This document shows, piece after piece, positions 19,036 through 29,818 of a stretch of DNA of 64,000 nt (positions within the stretch are counted from its first letter, which is position 1; every line of letters begins with the position of its first letter). The notes beneath the pieces are model-generated. The model did no database searches. It had not been told where the DNA came from and saw nothing but the letters and a program-made list of their open reading frames with translations. A program made the position numbers and the translations under genes. Source of the stretch: Oligoflexales bacterium (GTDB lineage: Bacteria > Bdellovibrionota_B > Oligoflexia > Oligoflexales > Bog-1112); the NCBI GenBank assembly GCA_045105515.1, contig JBGCDR010000040.1, positions 32,001-96,000 of the forward strand, in the 5' to 3' direction.

Positions 19036-19286
19036 GGTAAGTTCTCAAAAATACTAAACTCAATTTCATCATGATCTATTGAAAATCTATCCATAATCCC
19101 CTCTACTTTTTGCTTAAAAATATGACCAGCAAAACTAAGTAATGCGACTCCTACCACAGTTGCAAAAGTGCTTACTAGAACATACTCAAGTGCAACACTT
19201 CCAGTTTCACTTTTAGCCTCATTAAAATTTATTAAAAGTTTATTTTTTTCTAAACAGCATTGCTTCAAACACAATATTTTTTTCAT
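19032..19286 (-). CDS. Flp/TadE-like pilin
   Basis: Prepilin motif ETG|SVALEY followed by a hydrophobic helix; 84 aa. Confidence 0.7.
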   Translation of the reverse strand: MKKILCLKQCCLEKNKLLINFNEAKSETGSVALEYVLVSTFATVVGVALLSFAGHIFKQKVEGIMDRFSIDHDEIEFSIFENLP

Positions 19287-19497
19287 AGATTCCCCAAGCT
19301 ATTTCCATATCATCTGGGTAAAATAGTCCTACAAGATATTTCTTGCCAGGGACATCTACTTTTAATGTTATTTTTATAAAGCTCTTTAATTTAATTACTT
19401 ATCTTTCAATTTATTTTTTTTAAAAAAAAGTTACCTGTCTTCATTTTGTATAATGTAACTTAGCAAAGCCTATCCCACCTCGTGCCGGAGAAACTCA

Positions 19498-20550
19498 ATG
19501 AGTAAAACAGATTCAAGCCAGCTGGAGCTTAGCCTTGAGGAGGCTGGCGAAATGGTCATGTCTCTTAAAAGTTATATCGAATCCTATATTTTTGGCCAAG
19601 ACAAGCTGGTGAAAGAAACTATCTGTACTTTCTTGTCCGGAGGGCACATTCTTTTAACTGGTGCCCCCGGTTTAGCGAAAACGACCTTAGTGAGAGTTTT
19701 TGCCCAGGGTCTAGGTCTCGAATTCGGTAGAGTTCAATTCACTCCAGACCTCTTACCATCGGACATCATTGGCTCAGAAATCTTGAATATAGATCCAAGC
19801 TCGAACAAACGTGTATTTGAGTTTATGCAGGGGCCAGCCTTTGTGAATCTATTGTTAGCCGATGAAATCAACAGAGCATCTCCGCGAACCCAGTCAGCAA
19901 TGCTTGAAGCCATGCAAGAACGGCAGGTGACCATAGGTGGCAAAATCCACCCACTACCAAAACCATTTATGGTATTTGCAACCCAGAACCCCTTTGAATC
20001 AGAAGGTACCTTCCCTTTGCCAGAAGCTCAGCTTGATCGATTCTTACTCCATTCTTTGGTTGAGTACCCAAATGAAGAATCAGAACTTAAGATCCTTGAG
20101 GAACACGCACGCAACCACTTGGTTGGGGAAACAGGGCTTGGTAAGGAAGAGAATTTTAAATTGAATCCAAGGGACATCGTGCCGCTAATAAATCGCAGTA
20201 AATCCTTGAACATACACAAAGACCTCCTCCAGCTGATCAATAACCTAATCCGCTCAAGCAGACCTGAAGATTTACTTTGTCCACCTGATTTAAAACCACT
20301 AATTTGGTACGGTGCGGGTCCTAGGGCTGGTATAAGCTTAATCTCAGCTAGTAGAAGCCTTGCACTTCTTGAACAAAAAGAACAAGTCCGTTGGCGTCAT
20401 ATAAAATCAATGGCAAAACCTGTCTTGCGACATCGGATTCGTCTCGCTTCTCAATCAATTGAACAAGAAGCCAATGAAGATGCCATCATTGAGAAACTTC
20501 TTGAAATAGTAGAGGAGAAAAATACTAATATATGTGAAGGACACAGCTAA
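19498..20550 (+). CDS. moxR: MoxR-family AAA+ ATPase
   Basis: GAPGLAKT, RVQFTPDLLPSDIIG, LADEINRASPRTQSAMLEAM, LPEAQLDRF. Confidence 0.95.
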   Translation: MSKTDSSQLELSLEEAGEMVMSLKSYIESYIFGQDKLVKETICTFLSGGHILLTGAPGLAKTTLVRVFAQGLGLEFGRVQFTPDLLPSDIIGSEILNIDPSSNKRVFEFMQGPAFVNLLLADEINRASPRTQSAMLEAMQERQVTIGGKIHPLPKPFMVFATQNPFESEGTFPLPEAQLDRFLLHSLVEYPNEESELKILEEHARNHLVGETGLGKEENFKLNPRDIVPLINRSKSLNIHKDLLQLINNLIRSSRPEDLLCPPDLKPLIWYGAGPRAGISLISASRSLALLEQKEQVRWRHIKSMAKPVLRHRIRLASQSIEQEANEDAIIEKLLEIVEEKNTNICEGHS

Positions 20551-20552
20551 TC

Positions 20553-21470
20553 GTGCAATCAGGTCATCTCAGTCAAGCTCAACTTAGCAGCCTAAATCCG
20601 ATGGATATCCGGGAACTAAGGAGCCAGTTTATTAAAACCAGTATGCAGATGCATGGAAGCCAACTCATGGCTCTAAAACGGGCCAGCAAGTCTCCTGAGT
20701 ATAGTAGACCTTACATCAGTGGTGATCCTATCAATTTGATAGATTGGAAAGCCTTTGCTAGGACCGATTCCCTTATCGTCAGAGAAAAAAGAGACGAAGC
20801 GTCATCGAAGGTAGGCATTATTTGGGAATTAAGTCCCAGTATGAACTGGCCAAACGATGAGTATTTAGCCAATAAAAATGAATGCCCAAGTAAATTTGAA
20901 ATAGCCACCCGAATAGCCCTACATGTAAGCCATTTACACCTAAGACTTGGAGACCAAGCAATATTATGGCTTTATCATCCAAACCAAACAGACAAAAACA
21001 TGAGCTTTTCTCCAAGACAGGCTTCGGATCTCCTCAGTTTGTTCAATACACTTTTAAAACACAAGTTTAATCCACAAATATCGCTTCCATTTTTTACTAA
21101 AAAACCATTCCATCTGCCCAAAATGGACCGCTTATACTGGATTAGTGATGGACTAAACGAATTTAAACCAAAAAAGACATTCAAAAATGCCAAGCGTATC
21201 TGTTTTATGCATCTGTTGAGCTCACTAGAAGAAAACTTAGATTGGCTAAAAGATGACTGTTGTTATTTTGATCATACCAAAGAAAAAAATGAATTTTTAG
21301 GTAAAAACTTAAAAAAGGGCACATCATTTTACCAACAATTAAATAATTGGAAAAAACAATTAAAAGAACTCATCAATAGCGTTAACGGTCAATATATACC
21401 ATTAACTGAAAAAACAGCATTAGCAACCTATTACCAGTTTATCGACTCATTGTTTGAAGATAAAAAATAA
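20553..21470 (+). CDS. DUF58 domain protein
   Basis: RPYISGDPINLIDWKAFAR; position after moxR. Confidence 0.85.
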   Translation: MQSGHLSQAQLSSLNPMDIRELRSQFIKTSMQMHGSQLMALKRASKSPEYSRPYISGDPINLIDWKAFARTDSLIVREKRDEASSKVGIIWELSPSMNWPNDEYLANKNECPSKFEIATRIALHVSHLHLRLGDQAILWLYHPNQTDKNMSFSPRQASDLLSLFNTLLKHKFNPQISLPFFTKKPFHLPKMDRLYWISDGLNEFKPKKTFKNAKRICFMHLLSSLEENLDWLKDDCCYFDHTKEKNEFLGKNLKKGTSFYQQLNNWKKQLKELINSVNGQYIPLTEKTALATYYQFIDSLFEDKK

Positions 21471-21482
21471 TTAGGTGGATAT

Positions 21483-24083
21483 GTGATCCAAACTTTTTTT
21501 AACTTTGAATTTTCAGCACCAGGTACTTTAGGATTTTTATTGGCTTTGTTGGCTTGTTTTCTCTGGTGGCTGATTCGAATCAGACAACAAAGGATGGAAT
21601 TTCCTATACTGAGGATCCTAAAACCACGACCATCATACAAACCAAAATTGTCTTTATTCAAACCTCCACTCATACCTTTTTTAAGCTTTATTATCATCGC
21701 TGCATCGATCATAACTTTTTTATTAAAACCAAAAATTATCAGTATTGAGCCCATCGATGCTACAGGCTCGAAAATTCACCTTTTCATAGATATGAGTCCC
21801 TCTGTATCGGAAAAAATCTCTCTGGAAGAATACATCCAGGAGATATCTCGGATTTGGCTTCAGCTTATTCAAACCAAGCATATATCGCTGTCAACCAGTC
21901 ATTCCAATAAAATTTGGAATGCGGCAGACCAGCAAAGTCTAGAAAGAAAACTATATAGCTTGAATTTTCATCGCGCTGGCGCAAATTTAGGTTCCATCAT
22001 TTCCAAACAATGGAAAAAAATTCATGGAGTAGATCGATTTATCGTAATTTCTGATAAAGACGCTCATAGCTGGAAAAATTTCAATTGGAGCTACCTACAA
22101 AAAGATACCGATCTGTGGTTTCATCCCATTAATAGGCCTTATTCAGAAAAAATTAACCTCTATTTTACAAGGGCTAAACACCTTTCTCCTCCAGCTTCTC
22201 CAGTGATGGATTGGGATATCAGCATTGCACGAACAGGTACTAGCGAGGAAGCTAGTGGAGTCTTAGAAGTCAGCCTATCTGATCAAATATTAGCTTCAAT
22301 ACCATGGGCTATGAACAGTGAGCAAAAAGAACTAACCCTAAGGGTTAGTTGGCCGAGTGCATCCACACCTAATTTCGAAGGTAACCCTCCCCCCCTAGTT
22401 TGGAAGATAAAACCCAATGAATCAGATTCGATGTTAATAGACAATGAATTCAGAACCTCTCTCAAAGGAATGGAACAAAGCATCATTCTAGTTGCAGAAT
22501 CAGGAGGAGAGCAAAGCCTTGAGAGCCCAACTCACGCCCTTCAAGCCTCATTAAAAATTCTTGGAATCATCCCCGAGCGCTTCGAATGGATTGCAAGCAA
22601 TAAGCAAGAAGCAGAATCTTACCCTTTGTGGATACTCTTTATTGGTGAAAATGAAGATATATCACCATATTGCCCAAAGTCACTTATGAACCATCGGCTC
22701 GAGCCCAAAGTATCCTCAAAATCAATTGGCACCTGGCTCATACCATATATTTCAAATAAAAAAAGCTTTCAAAACATTTGTTGGTGCTACCATAAGCTCC
22801 AAGTAGCTCCGTATTCAGGAAGTCCTATGCCTACTTTTTGCAAGGAGGTATACGATCGCAAGAGCTTAGCAGTAGTACTCAAATCCATCGGCGCAAAGCA
22901 ATTGGGAGGACAAGTTGGAAGTGAGTTTAGTGCGTTGGCTTGGATTGGGAGTGATGAAAAATCCCATCTTTCAACTCTAGCATTTACAATTCCCATCAGG
23001 CCAAGTAGGACTTTTGGTATCACTCATAGCCAACTTCCCATTATCGTCAAAGGACTGTTGGCCCAATCTGGTTTTTTTGCGGATGGTAGTGAACACTTAA
23101 GGGAAGTTTGGCCCCGGATCAATGACAATACCAAGAATAGAGTTTGGTTAGATAGCACTTCTGAGCAAAGCGAAGTTTTAAAATTTAAACTTTCCAATAT
23201 ACCTGCTGGGGAAAGCTTATCAAAAGAAATCGGCAACAAATACCTACCCCCACATTGGGAAAACTCCCGAGAGTTAAGTAAATCTATCCCTAACCAAAAA
23301 AAGATTCAAGAAAACCCTCTCCCTTGGATTTTTTCTCTTTTGGGCTTAATCATTTTTGCAAGTATTGCCGAATTAGCTTGGCATATTTTAAAACGTCGCA
23401 GTTTGAGTACATCTTCATTGATTCTTATAAGCGCTCTACTTCTTCAAGAACAATCAACCCATGCACAGATCAATCTAGCAATTATTGCAAGCGACAATTC
23501 AAGGGGTGTTTCGGGACTAGAGCTTGAAGTATCTAGTCGCACCAGCCTAAAAATATCTAAAGATCTGGTACAATTTTCTAGCTTCGATGAGAAGCTGCTT
23601 GAAGAACCCTGGCTCTGGGCTGGATCGATAAATTCGGTTAAAAACCTATCAGGAAATCTAGATGAGAAAATTGGTCAATGGGTCCGCAGGGGTGGCATCT
23701 TGATTATCCAGAATAGTAGTACGACCGAGGAGCTGGAAAAACTCACCGAAAAAGGGTTTGGCTACCAAAAGATTCCAGCACTTTGGCGCCCTATTCCCCC
23801 TGATCATGAATTAATGCGAAGTTTTTATCTACTTGATGCTCTTCCCACCTGCAATGGAAATTTATGGCACGGCTTCATGTTTGATAACCGTTTAGCAATC
23901 CTTGCAATCCCTTATAAATTTCTTCCTTCTCTACTTGACTCAAGGTCTAAAACCAAGTGTTCAGAACCTCCAACCAGAGAACGAAATTTACGCATTTTTA
24001 TCAATACGCTTATGGTAGCTTTGACGACTGATTACAAAAAAGATCAGATTCATATGAGAGAAATATTAAAACGCCTTCAATAA
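21483..24083 (+). CDS. BatA-like N-terminus / VWA-like / C-terminal DUF4159 membrane protein
   Basis: N-terminal double TM with FPILRIL; IDMSPSV; C-terminal IPPDHELMRSFYLL and ALTTDYKKDQIH. Confidence 0.8.
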   Translation: MIQTFFNFEFSAPGTLGFLLALLACFLWWLIRIRQQRMEFPILRILKPRPSYKPKLSLFKPPLIPFLSFIIIAASIITFLLKPKIISIEPIDATGSKIHLFIDMSPSVSEKISLEEYIQEISRIWLQLIQTKHISLSTSHSNKIWNAADQQSLERKLYSLNFHRAGANLGSIISKQWKKIHGVDRFIVISDKDAHSWKNFNWSYLQKDTDLWFHPINRPYSEKINLYFTRAKHLSPPASPVMDWDISIARTGTSEEASGVLEVSLSDQILASIPWAMNSEQKELTLRVSWPSASTPNFEGNPPPLVWKIKPNESDSMLIDNEFRTSLKGMEQSIILVAESGGEQSLESPTHALQASLKILGIIPERFEWIASNKQEAESYPLWILFIGENEDISPYCPKSLMNHRLEPKVSSKSIGTWLIPYISNKKSFQNICWCYHKLQVAPYSGSPMPTFCKEVYDRKSLAVVLKSIGAKQLGGQVGSEFSALAWIGSDEKSHLSTLAFTIPIRPSRTFGITHSQLPIIVKGLLAQSGFFADGSEHLREVWPRINDNTKNRVWLDSTSEQSEVLKFKLSNIPAGESLSKEIGNKYLPPHWENSRELSKSIPNQKKIQENPLPWIFSLLGLIIFASIAELAWHILKRRSLSTSSLILISALLLQEQSTHAQINLAIIASDNSRGVSGLELEVSSRTSLKISKDLVQFSSFDEKLLEEPWLWAGSINSVKNLSGNLDEKIGQWVRRGGILIIQNSSTTEELEKLTEKGFGYQKIPALWRPIPPDHELMRSFYLLDALPTCNGNLWHGFMFDNRLAILAIPYKFLPSLLDSRSKTKCSEPPTRERNLRIFINTLMVALTTDYKKDQIHMREILKRLQ

Positions 24084-24093
24084 GGGAATCAAT

Positions 24094-26403
24094 ATGCCCT
24101 ACACGTTCTTTGCCTCTCTTTCACTTATTTCATTCATATGCCTGCTCTTAGCACTTTTGTGGTCTAAGCAGCTTGGCATCATCCGCGCATGCCTCTCAGC
24201 TTCTTGTAGGTTTGCCTGGATATTCCCCATATTATTTGCACTGTTTCCCAAGACTACGACTGAAGAACTTCCGAGAAGTTTAAGCTCCCAACAGATTCAT
24301 GTCCTTCTCGATGATTCCGACAGTATGCAAAAATGGTCTGGCTTACAATCCCCTTTTTCGAATGCCATGGAGAATATTAAAAATGTCAAACAAGAGTGCT
24401 TAAGATTAGGGTGTGAAGTCAAAATCTACAAACTGTCTGAATTGAATCCTATGACACTCGAAGGGTATACTCCCTTGAGCTCAAGCATAAATCAGTGGCT
24501 AAGTCAGACTAACGAAGATCCTTGGATTTTACTTTCAGATGGTGGAGACTTTCAGCCAAGCATCCCTTGGAATCAAAACGTAAAAGATCTTGGTCTTTCA
24601 AGCGATAATCCACAGAAAAAGCGTGGAGTAATCTTAAGTTTTTCGAATCAAAATAAAGCAAATATTTGGATCGATACGGTCGATTTACCTCCTTTTGCCT
24701 TCGAAAGCAAGCCAGTATTCAGTGAAATTATCTTACGAAGAACGGAAAGCACAAGCAATGCAGAACGGCTCCAAGTACAAGTAATTTTGAACGATCAGAT
24801 CCTAGCAAGTGATAACGCTACTTTCGCAAATGGACTATCCGAAGCACGGGTTAGCTTGCCTATCCCTTCACTTCCAAGAGGGAAGCATCTCATAAGTTTC
24901 AAAATCTTGCCCAGCGCAAAGGAAGAGATTTTTTGGGACAATGAGGCACATACTCATATTGAGGTTATGCCAAATACAGTCGGAGTACTACATTTACTAG
25001 GAAGCCCTAGCTGGGATGGAAGGTTCTTGAGACGTTTTCTAAAATCCGAACCTAAATATGATCTAATTAGCTTCTATATCCTCAGAGACCCCTGGGATAC
25101 GCAAGGTTCCAACGAAAGAGAGCTTAGTTTGATTCCTTTTCCTGTAAACCGGTTATTTAACGAGGAATTACCAAACTTTCGAGTTATCATTCTCCAAAAT
25201 TTTACTCTTCTACAATTTCTGTTGCCTCAGTACCAAAAAAATCTCGTCAAGTTTGTAAAAGATGGTGGGGGATTACTTTTCTTAGGAGGTCACAGAGCAT
25301 TGCTTGACGCTGACATGAGAAACTCTCCACTCAAAGAAATATTACCTTTTACTCTTTCAACAAAAACCAAAGGAAAAAATAGATTTTTTTCTCCTGTTTT
25401 AAATGATATGAGCCCAGATAGAGTCGATAAAAATGGCCCTTGGTATGACTCAAAACTCGCATTCAACATCTCCTTAGCAAAACCTGACTGGGAAAAACGT
25501 GCGCTGGCTAATGTATACGATGATTGGGAGGCTCTCAAAAGCCCCATAACAAAGTTAAAGGGAATGCATGGCCTACATCACATGGAAAACGTAAAGTTCA
25601 AAGAAAACGCATATACACCTCTTCTTTATGCTGAAAGTGCTGATGGAGTTCGAAGGCCATTAGCAATAGCCTCATATCCTGGCAAAGGCCGAGCTATATG
25701 GATTTTTTCTGATTCAATGTGGAAGCTGGCACTCAAACCAAGCCATGACATCTCCCGTGAGATTTACAACGACTTTTTACAATCAGCAATGACTTGGCTT
25801 CTACGCCAAGACCTGAAAAAACCACTGATGATCAATCATTTCAAGCTCAGCCGAACAAAGGACCAACTAGTACGTTGGAATGCGATATTAGAGGGGCCAG
25901 TGGTAAGTTACTTCGACTCGGCATCAAATTGGAGTTTAAATATTTGTGGAAGACAAATGCCTTTTACCCGGATTGATTCTGAACGCTTAGGCAACCAACA
26001 CATCAAGATATCTGGTACATTAGACCTCATTATGAGTGGGGGTGAGAGATGCCCATTTTCGATCCAAGGAATCCATCCTGCATTTGGTTCAGTCCGGGCA
26101 TCTACTGCAGCTGTATTCCCTTCGGTTTTCAAAGACCATGAAATTGTATCCGCTCCCAACAAACTGGAACAGCTTGCATCTTTAACCCAAGCTGAGTTTA
26201 TCGATAATCGTAAACAACCCACTCAAGCTATTTACAAGTGGCTCGACCAAATCAATTCCCAGGAAGGTATTTCGTTGCCTCAACGATTTCGCTCTAAATT
26301 GGACTACTACTGGTTTATAGACACTTATTGGATATTTTTATTCATAGTTTTTTTACCTCTTGAGATCTTAATCAGGCGTTGGCATCACCTTGTTTCTTCC
26401 TGA
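24094..26403 (+). CDS. MoxR-operon membrane protein with VWA-like and glutamine-amidotransferase-like domains
   Basis: LLDDSDSM, LLSDG, RFLRRFLKSEP, FYILR, ELSLIPFPVNRLF, FVKDGGGLLFLGG, EILIRRW. Confidence 0.82.
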   Translation: MPYTFFASLSLISFICLLLALLWSKQLGIIRACLSASCRFAWIFPILFALFPKTTTEELPRSLSSQQIHVLLDDSDSMQKWSGLQSPFSNAMENIKNVKQECLRLGCEVKIYKLSELNPMTLEGYTPLSSSINQWLSQTNEDPWILLSDGGDFQPSIPWNQNVKDLGLSSDNPQKKRGVILSFSNQNKANIWIDTVDLPPFAFESKPVFSEIILRRTESTSNAERLQVQVILNDQILASDNATFANGLSEARVSLPIPSLPRGKHLISFKILPSAKEEIFWDNEAHTHIEVMPNTVGVLHLLGSPSWDGRFLRRFLKSEPKYDLISFYILRDPWDTQGSNERELSLIPFPVNRLFNEELPNFRVIILQNFTLLQFLLPQYQKNLVKFVKDGGGLLFLGGHRALLDADMRNSPLKEILPFTLSTKTKGKNRFFSPVLNDMSPDRVDKNGPWYDSKLAFNISLAKPDWEKRALANVYDDWEALKSPITKLKGMHGLHHMENVKFKENAYTPLLYAESADGVRRPLAIASYPGKGRAIWIFSDSMWKLALKPSHDISREIYNDFLQSAMTWLLRQDLKKPLMINHFKLSRTKDQLVRWNAILEGPVVSYFDSASNWSLNICGRQMPFTRIDSERLGNQHIKISGTLDLIMSGGERCPFSIQGIHPAFGSVRASTAAVFPSVFKDHEIVSAPNKLEQLASLTQAEFIDNRKQPTQAIYKWLDQINSQEGISLPQRFRSKLDYYWFIDTYWIFLFIVFLPLEILIRRWHHLVSS

Positions 26404-26668
26404 CTAAGGGTATGGCTGATCGATTAAGAATGCCTTCCAAATAAGCAGCTTATTTATCGATGTGAAGATCGAATAAATTAAACCACTTTGAGAAATAAAC
26501 TCTTCTAAGATGGGAGCTTCAGAGACTCCTCAAAAAAAACTGCAGAATAATTCCTAGCTATTTTCTTCAATTATTCCTCAATTTCCTTTGCGTACAACAG
26601 ATTTACCTCTTAAGCTGCTATAAAGCCTAACAAAGTCACTTAAATTGTTAGCTTCGCAAAGGATAGTT

Positions 26669-27910
26669 ATGGATCTTAACAATACTAAAAAATCAAAATC
26701 GAAGTTGAGAAGACGCTCACTATTAAAACACTCATTGTTGCTGTCTTCAGGCATCATATCCCAGAAAATTTTTGCCAAACAAAACCTTGTGGCGTCAGAC
26801 CGAATCATAGGAAAACCCTCAGAAGATCAAGCTTATGGGAAAGTTGCAGATTCTAGCCTGTTTAGAAGTCTTTTACCTGGTGATAATTTTAATGCAAGAT
26901 CAGTTAGTCCACTTTCCCAACTAATAGGTGCAATAACACCTTCAGGACTTCATTTTGAACGGCATCATTCTGGTATACCTCAGATCGAGGCAAAAGAACA
27001 TAAGCTACTTATCCAGGGCAAAAGTGGACAAAATAAACTCCTAAACATGAACGAAATAAGACGTTACCCACAAAGAACCATACCAGCTTTTATTGAATGC
27101 TCTGGTAATAGCAGTGATAATTGGAAAAACCAAGCTCAAGAGGAAACAGTGGATGTACTTCATGGTATGACATCGCAATCATTTTGGACAGGCGTTCCCA
27201 TGTCATACCTCTTGGAGGCAATCAATGCTCCTAGAGAACAGGCTTGGATTATTGCTGAAGGAAAAGATGCCGCATCCCTAGCGAGGAGCATTCCAATCGA
27301 GAAGTGCTGGAAAGATGGCTTGATAGCCTATGGTCAAAATGGTGAGCCTACTCGCGCAGAACAAGGTTACCCTTTACGTTTGATTCTACCGGGATGGGAG
27401 GGCAATTGCCAAATAAAGTGGTTATCTCGTCTTGAGCTAAGTGACAGGCCCGCCTATAGCTATCAGGAAACCGCAAAATATAGTGATCTTTATAAGGACG
27501 GTAAGGCTCGTTTATTCACTTTTGCAATGGGAACAAAATCTGTCATTACTTTCCCTTCAGGAAAAATGCAACTACCAGATAAAGGATTCTATGAAATCCA
27601 AGGACTAGCCTGGTCAGGCCTGGGTTCCATAAAATATGTGGAAATTTCGACTGATGCTGGCTTAACTTGGTTGAAAGCAAGCTTAGAAGGGCCTGTGCTT
27701 CCCCATTCTCACACTCGCTTCTTTTTTCCATGGCAATGGGATGGCAAAGAAACCACGATTTTAAGTCGAGCTGTAGACTCAAGCGGGTCTAGGCAACCTA
27801 GCCGAAATGAGTTAATAAGCAAGCTAGGGGATAAGCCTTATTATCACTGCAACTGCACCCAAGCATGGAAAATTAAAACTTCTGGAGACGTGGAGAACAC
27901 CTATGTATAA
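26669..27910 (+). CDS. soxC: Sulfite dehydrogenase molybdoprotein (SoxC/SorA-like), Tat-exported
   Basis: RRRSLLK Tat-like motif; ITPSGLHFERHHSG, IECSGN, EQGYPLRL, IKWL, GLAWSG; start placed at ATG 26669. Confidence 0.9.
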   Translation: MDLNNTKKSKSKLRRRSLLKHSLLLSSGIISQKIFAKQNLVASDRIIGKPSEDQAYGKVADSSLFRSLLPGDNFNARSVSPLSQLIGAITPSGLHFERHHSGIPQIEAKEHKLLIQGKSGQNKLLNMNEIRRYPQRTIPAFIECSGNSSDNWKNQAQEETVDVLHGMTSQSFWTGVPMSYLLEAINAPREQAWIIAEGKDAASLARSIPIEKCWKDGLIAYGQNGEPTRAEQGYPLRLILPGWEGNCQIKWLSRLELSDRPAYSYQETAKYSDLYKDGKARLFTFAMGTKSVITFPSGKMQLPDKGFYEIQGLAWSGLGSIKYVEISTDAGLTWLKASLEGPVLPHSHTRFFFPWQWDGKETTILSRAVDSSGSRQPSRNELISKLGDKPYYHCNCTQAWKIKTSGDVENTYV

Positions 27911-28457
27911 AGCTGTATTGGCTATGTTGTTCATTACGAATAAGTTACTAGCCGTAACACAAGCCTATACTGGACCTATTGAATTTGGTAGACCTGCAAC
28001 CCTTGAAGAGCTCAGCACCTATCCTCGCACACATTTTCCGGATGGCGAGAATCTACCGGCAGGCCAAGGCAACTATGCCGAAGGCAAGCAACTCTACCAA
28101 ATTCACTGCGTATCTTGCCATGGCCCACAAATGAAGGGAAAAGCCGCATTTAATGCTCCCAGGCTCATTGGAGGGAGGGGAAGTTTAAAAGGCGGGGACA
28201 AACCCATAAAAACTGTAGAAAGCTTTTGGCCTCATGCAGTTAGCCTTTATGACTATATAAGCCGGGCAATGCCTTTCCTAACTCCCAAAATATTAACTGC
28301 TAACGAAGTTTACGCGTTATGTGCCTATATCCTAGCCGAAGCACATATTATTCCAAAGACGACACTAATGGATGAAACCAGCTTGCCTAAGGTTGCAATG
28401 CCTAACAAAGATGGTTTTATAGATCCCTATACTAAGCAAAGAAAGACTTCCATCTAA
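27903..28457 (+). CDS. soxD: Monoheme cytochrome c partner (SoxD-like)
   Basis: CVSCH, LIGGRGSL, KTVESFWP, YISRAMP, MPNKDGF. Confidence 0.88.
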   Translation: MYKAVLAMLFITNKLLAVTQAYTGPIEFGRPATLEELSTYPRTHFPDGENLPAGQGNYAEGKQLYQIHCVSCHGPQMKGKAAFNAPRLIGGRGSLKGGDKPIKTVESFWPHAVSLYDYISRAMPFLTPKILTANEVYALCAYILAEAHIIPKTTLMDETSLPKVAMPNKDGFIDPYTKQRKTSI

Positions 28458-28469
28458 GCTTTCCTTAAT

Positions 28470-29477
28470 TTAAATATACCCAGGTCGAGCAGCTAGCTTT
28501 TTTTCCCATGCTAGAGACGACTCTATGATTTTTTTGAGATCTGCAAAATGCGGCGACCAGTCCAAAAGGCCCTGGATTTTTTCTGCTTTAGCTACCAACT
28601 TCGCTACATCACCAGGTCTACATTCTCCTACTTTTTTATTCAGTGAATGGCCTATAATTTCCTCGACTGCAGCTATAACCTCGTGCACGGAATAACCACA
28701 ATTGTAACCACAATTAATAGCCATGCTGTCACCACCCTTTTCAAGGTATTCTAAAGCTGCTAGATGGGCTCTAGCGAGATCTACAACGTGCACATAGTCA
28801 CGCACACAGCTTCCATCTGGAGTACTGTAATCCTCCCCGTAAATGGTAATCTGCTTCCGTTTCCCAGTTGCAACTTCGCAGGCTATTTTGATCAGGTGAG
28901 TTGAAACTTTAGAGCTTTGCCCAATCCTTAAATCAGGATCTGCTCCCGCAACATTAAAGTAACGAATTGCAGCGTAGCTCAATGGGTTTACTACAGCTAG
29001 ATCACTAAGCATCCACTCATCAATGAGCTTAGATTTACCATAAGGGTGGATAGGTCTTGTGATCCCACTCTCATCAATAGCTTCCTCATGGTCATCGCCG
29101 TAAACTGCCGCACTAGAAGATAATATAAAATGCTTTAATTGCATTTCTTTAGCAGATTCTAGCAAAGCGAGAGTATTTGCTACGTTATTATGATAGTACT
29201 CAAGCGGCAAATTGATGGATTCTGGTACAACAATAGAGCCTGCAAAATGAAGAACAGAGTCAATTTGATACTTTTCCATTACCTGAGTCATCAAGCTCCG
29301 ATCTCCACAATTTCCTTCTATCAGAATCTCCTGGTGTAAGAGTGCATCTTTGTGACCGGTAGAGAGATCATCAACTACAATGACCTGATATCCTGACTCA
29401 CTCAATTGGCAGCAAACATGACTGCCAATATATCCACAACCACCTGTAACTAATACGGATTTACTTTTTTGCTGCAT
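28470..29477 (-). CDS. galE: UDP-glucose 4-epimerase
   Basis: VTGGCGYIGSH, SSSAAVYG, YGKSK, RYFNVAGA, DGSCVRDYVHV; start at ATG 29477 or TTG 29501. Confidence 0.95.
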   Translation of the reverse strand: MQQKSKSVLVTGGCGYIGSHVCCQLSESGYQVIVVDDLSTGHKDALLHQEILIEGNCGDRSLMTQVMEKYQIDSVLHFAGSIVVPESINLPLEYYHNNVANTLALLESAKEMQLKHFILSSSAAVYGDDHEEAIDESGITRPIHPYGKSKLIDEWMLSDLAVVNPLSYAAIRYFNVAGADPDLRIGQSSKVSTHLIKIACEVATGKRKQITIYGEDYSTPDGSCVRDYVHVVDLARAHLAALEYLEKGGDSMAINCGYNCGYSVHEVIAAVEEIIGHSLNKKVGECRPGDVAKLVAKAEKIQGLLDWSPHFADLKKIIESSLAWEKKLAARPGYI

Positions 29478-29648
29478 CTTAATTCCCAAAGATTCATTCA
29501 AGCTTGTACCCTCCCATCTTTTATAGGCTCTAATAGAGATCTTTCCAATTAAAATTAAAGCTTAGCGAGCATGCAAGAATTCTTATATCTTTCACGGCCG
29601 CAGACTAAGACCATAAGTATTTGTAATATAGAATATAAATGCATTAAT

Positions 29649-29675
29649 TTAAGAATAAAACTAAAAAGCCGATAT
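29649..29675 (+). promoter_or_regulatory. Sigma28-like promoter
   Basis: TTAA-N15-GCCGATAT. Confidence 0.55.
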
Positions 29676-29818
29676 TATTTACTGAAGCAATTCTAAGGCC
29701 TGATTTCGCTTAAAATTGCCGTGTATTAGGGTTAAAGCCCAATGGTGCGGACAGGCTTGCATGTATTATCCTGGGAGCAAAGGTGGATCAAATTTTCCAT
29801 CTTGAAAGTTAGAGACTT

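Noticed and set aside
19498..26403. MoxR operon as a novel system
   Set aside because: MoxR-DUF58-BatA/DUF4159-GATase-like arrangement is a known widespread operon
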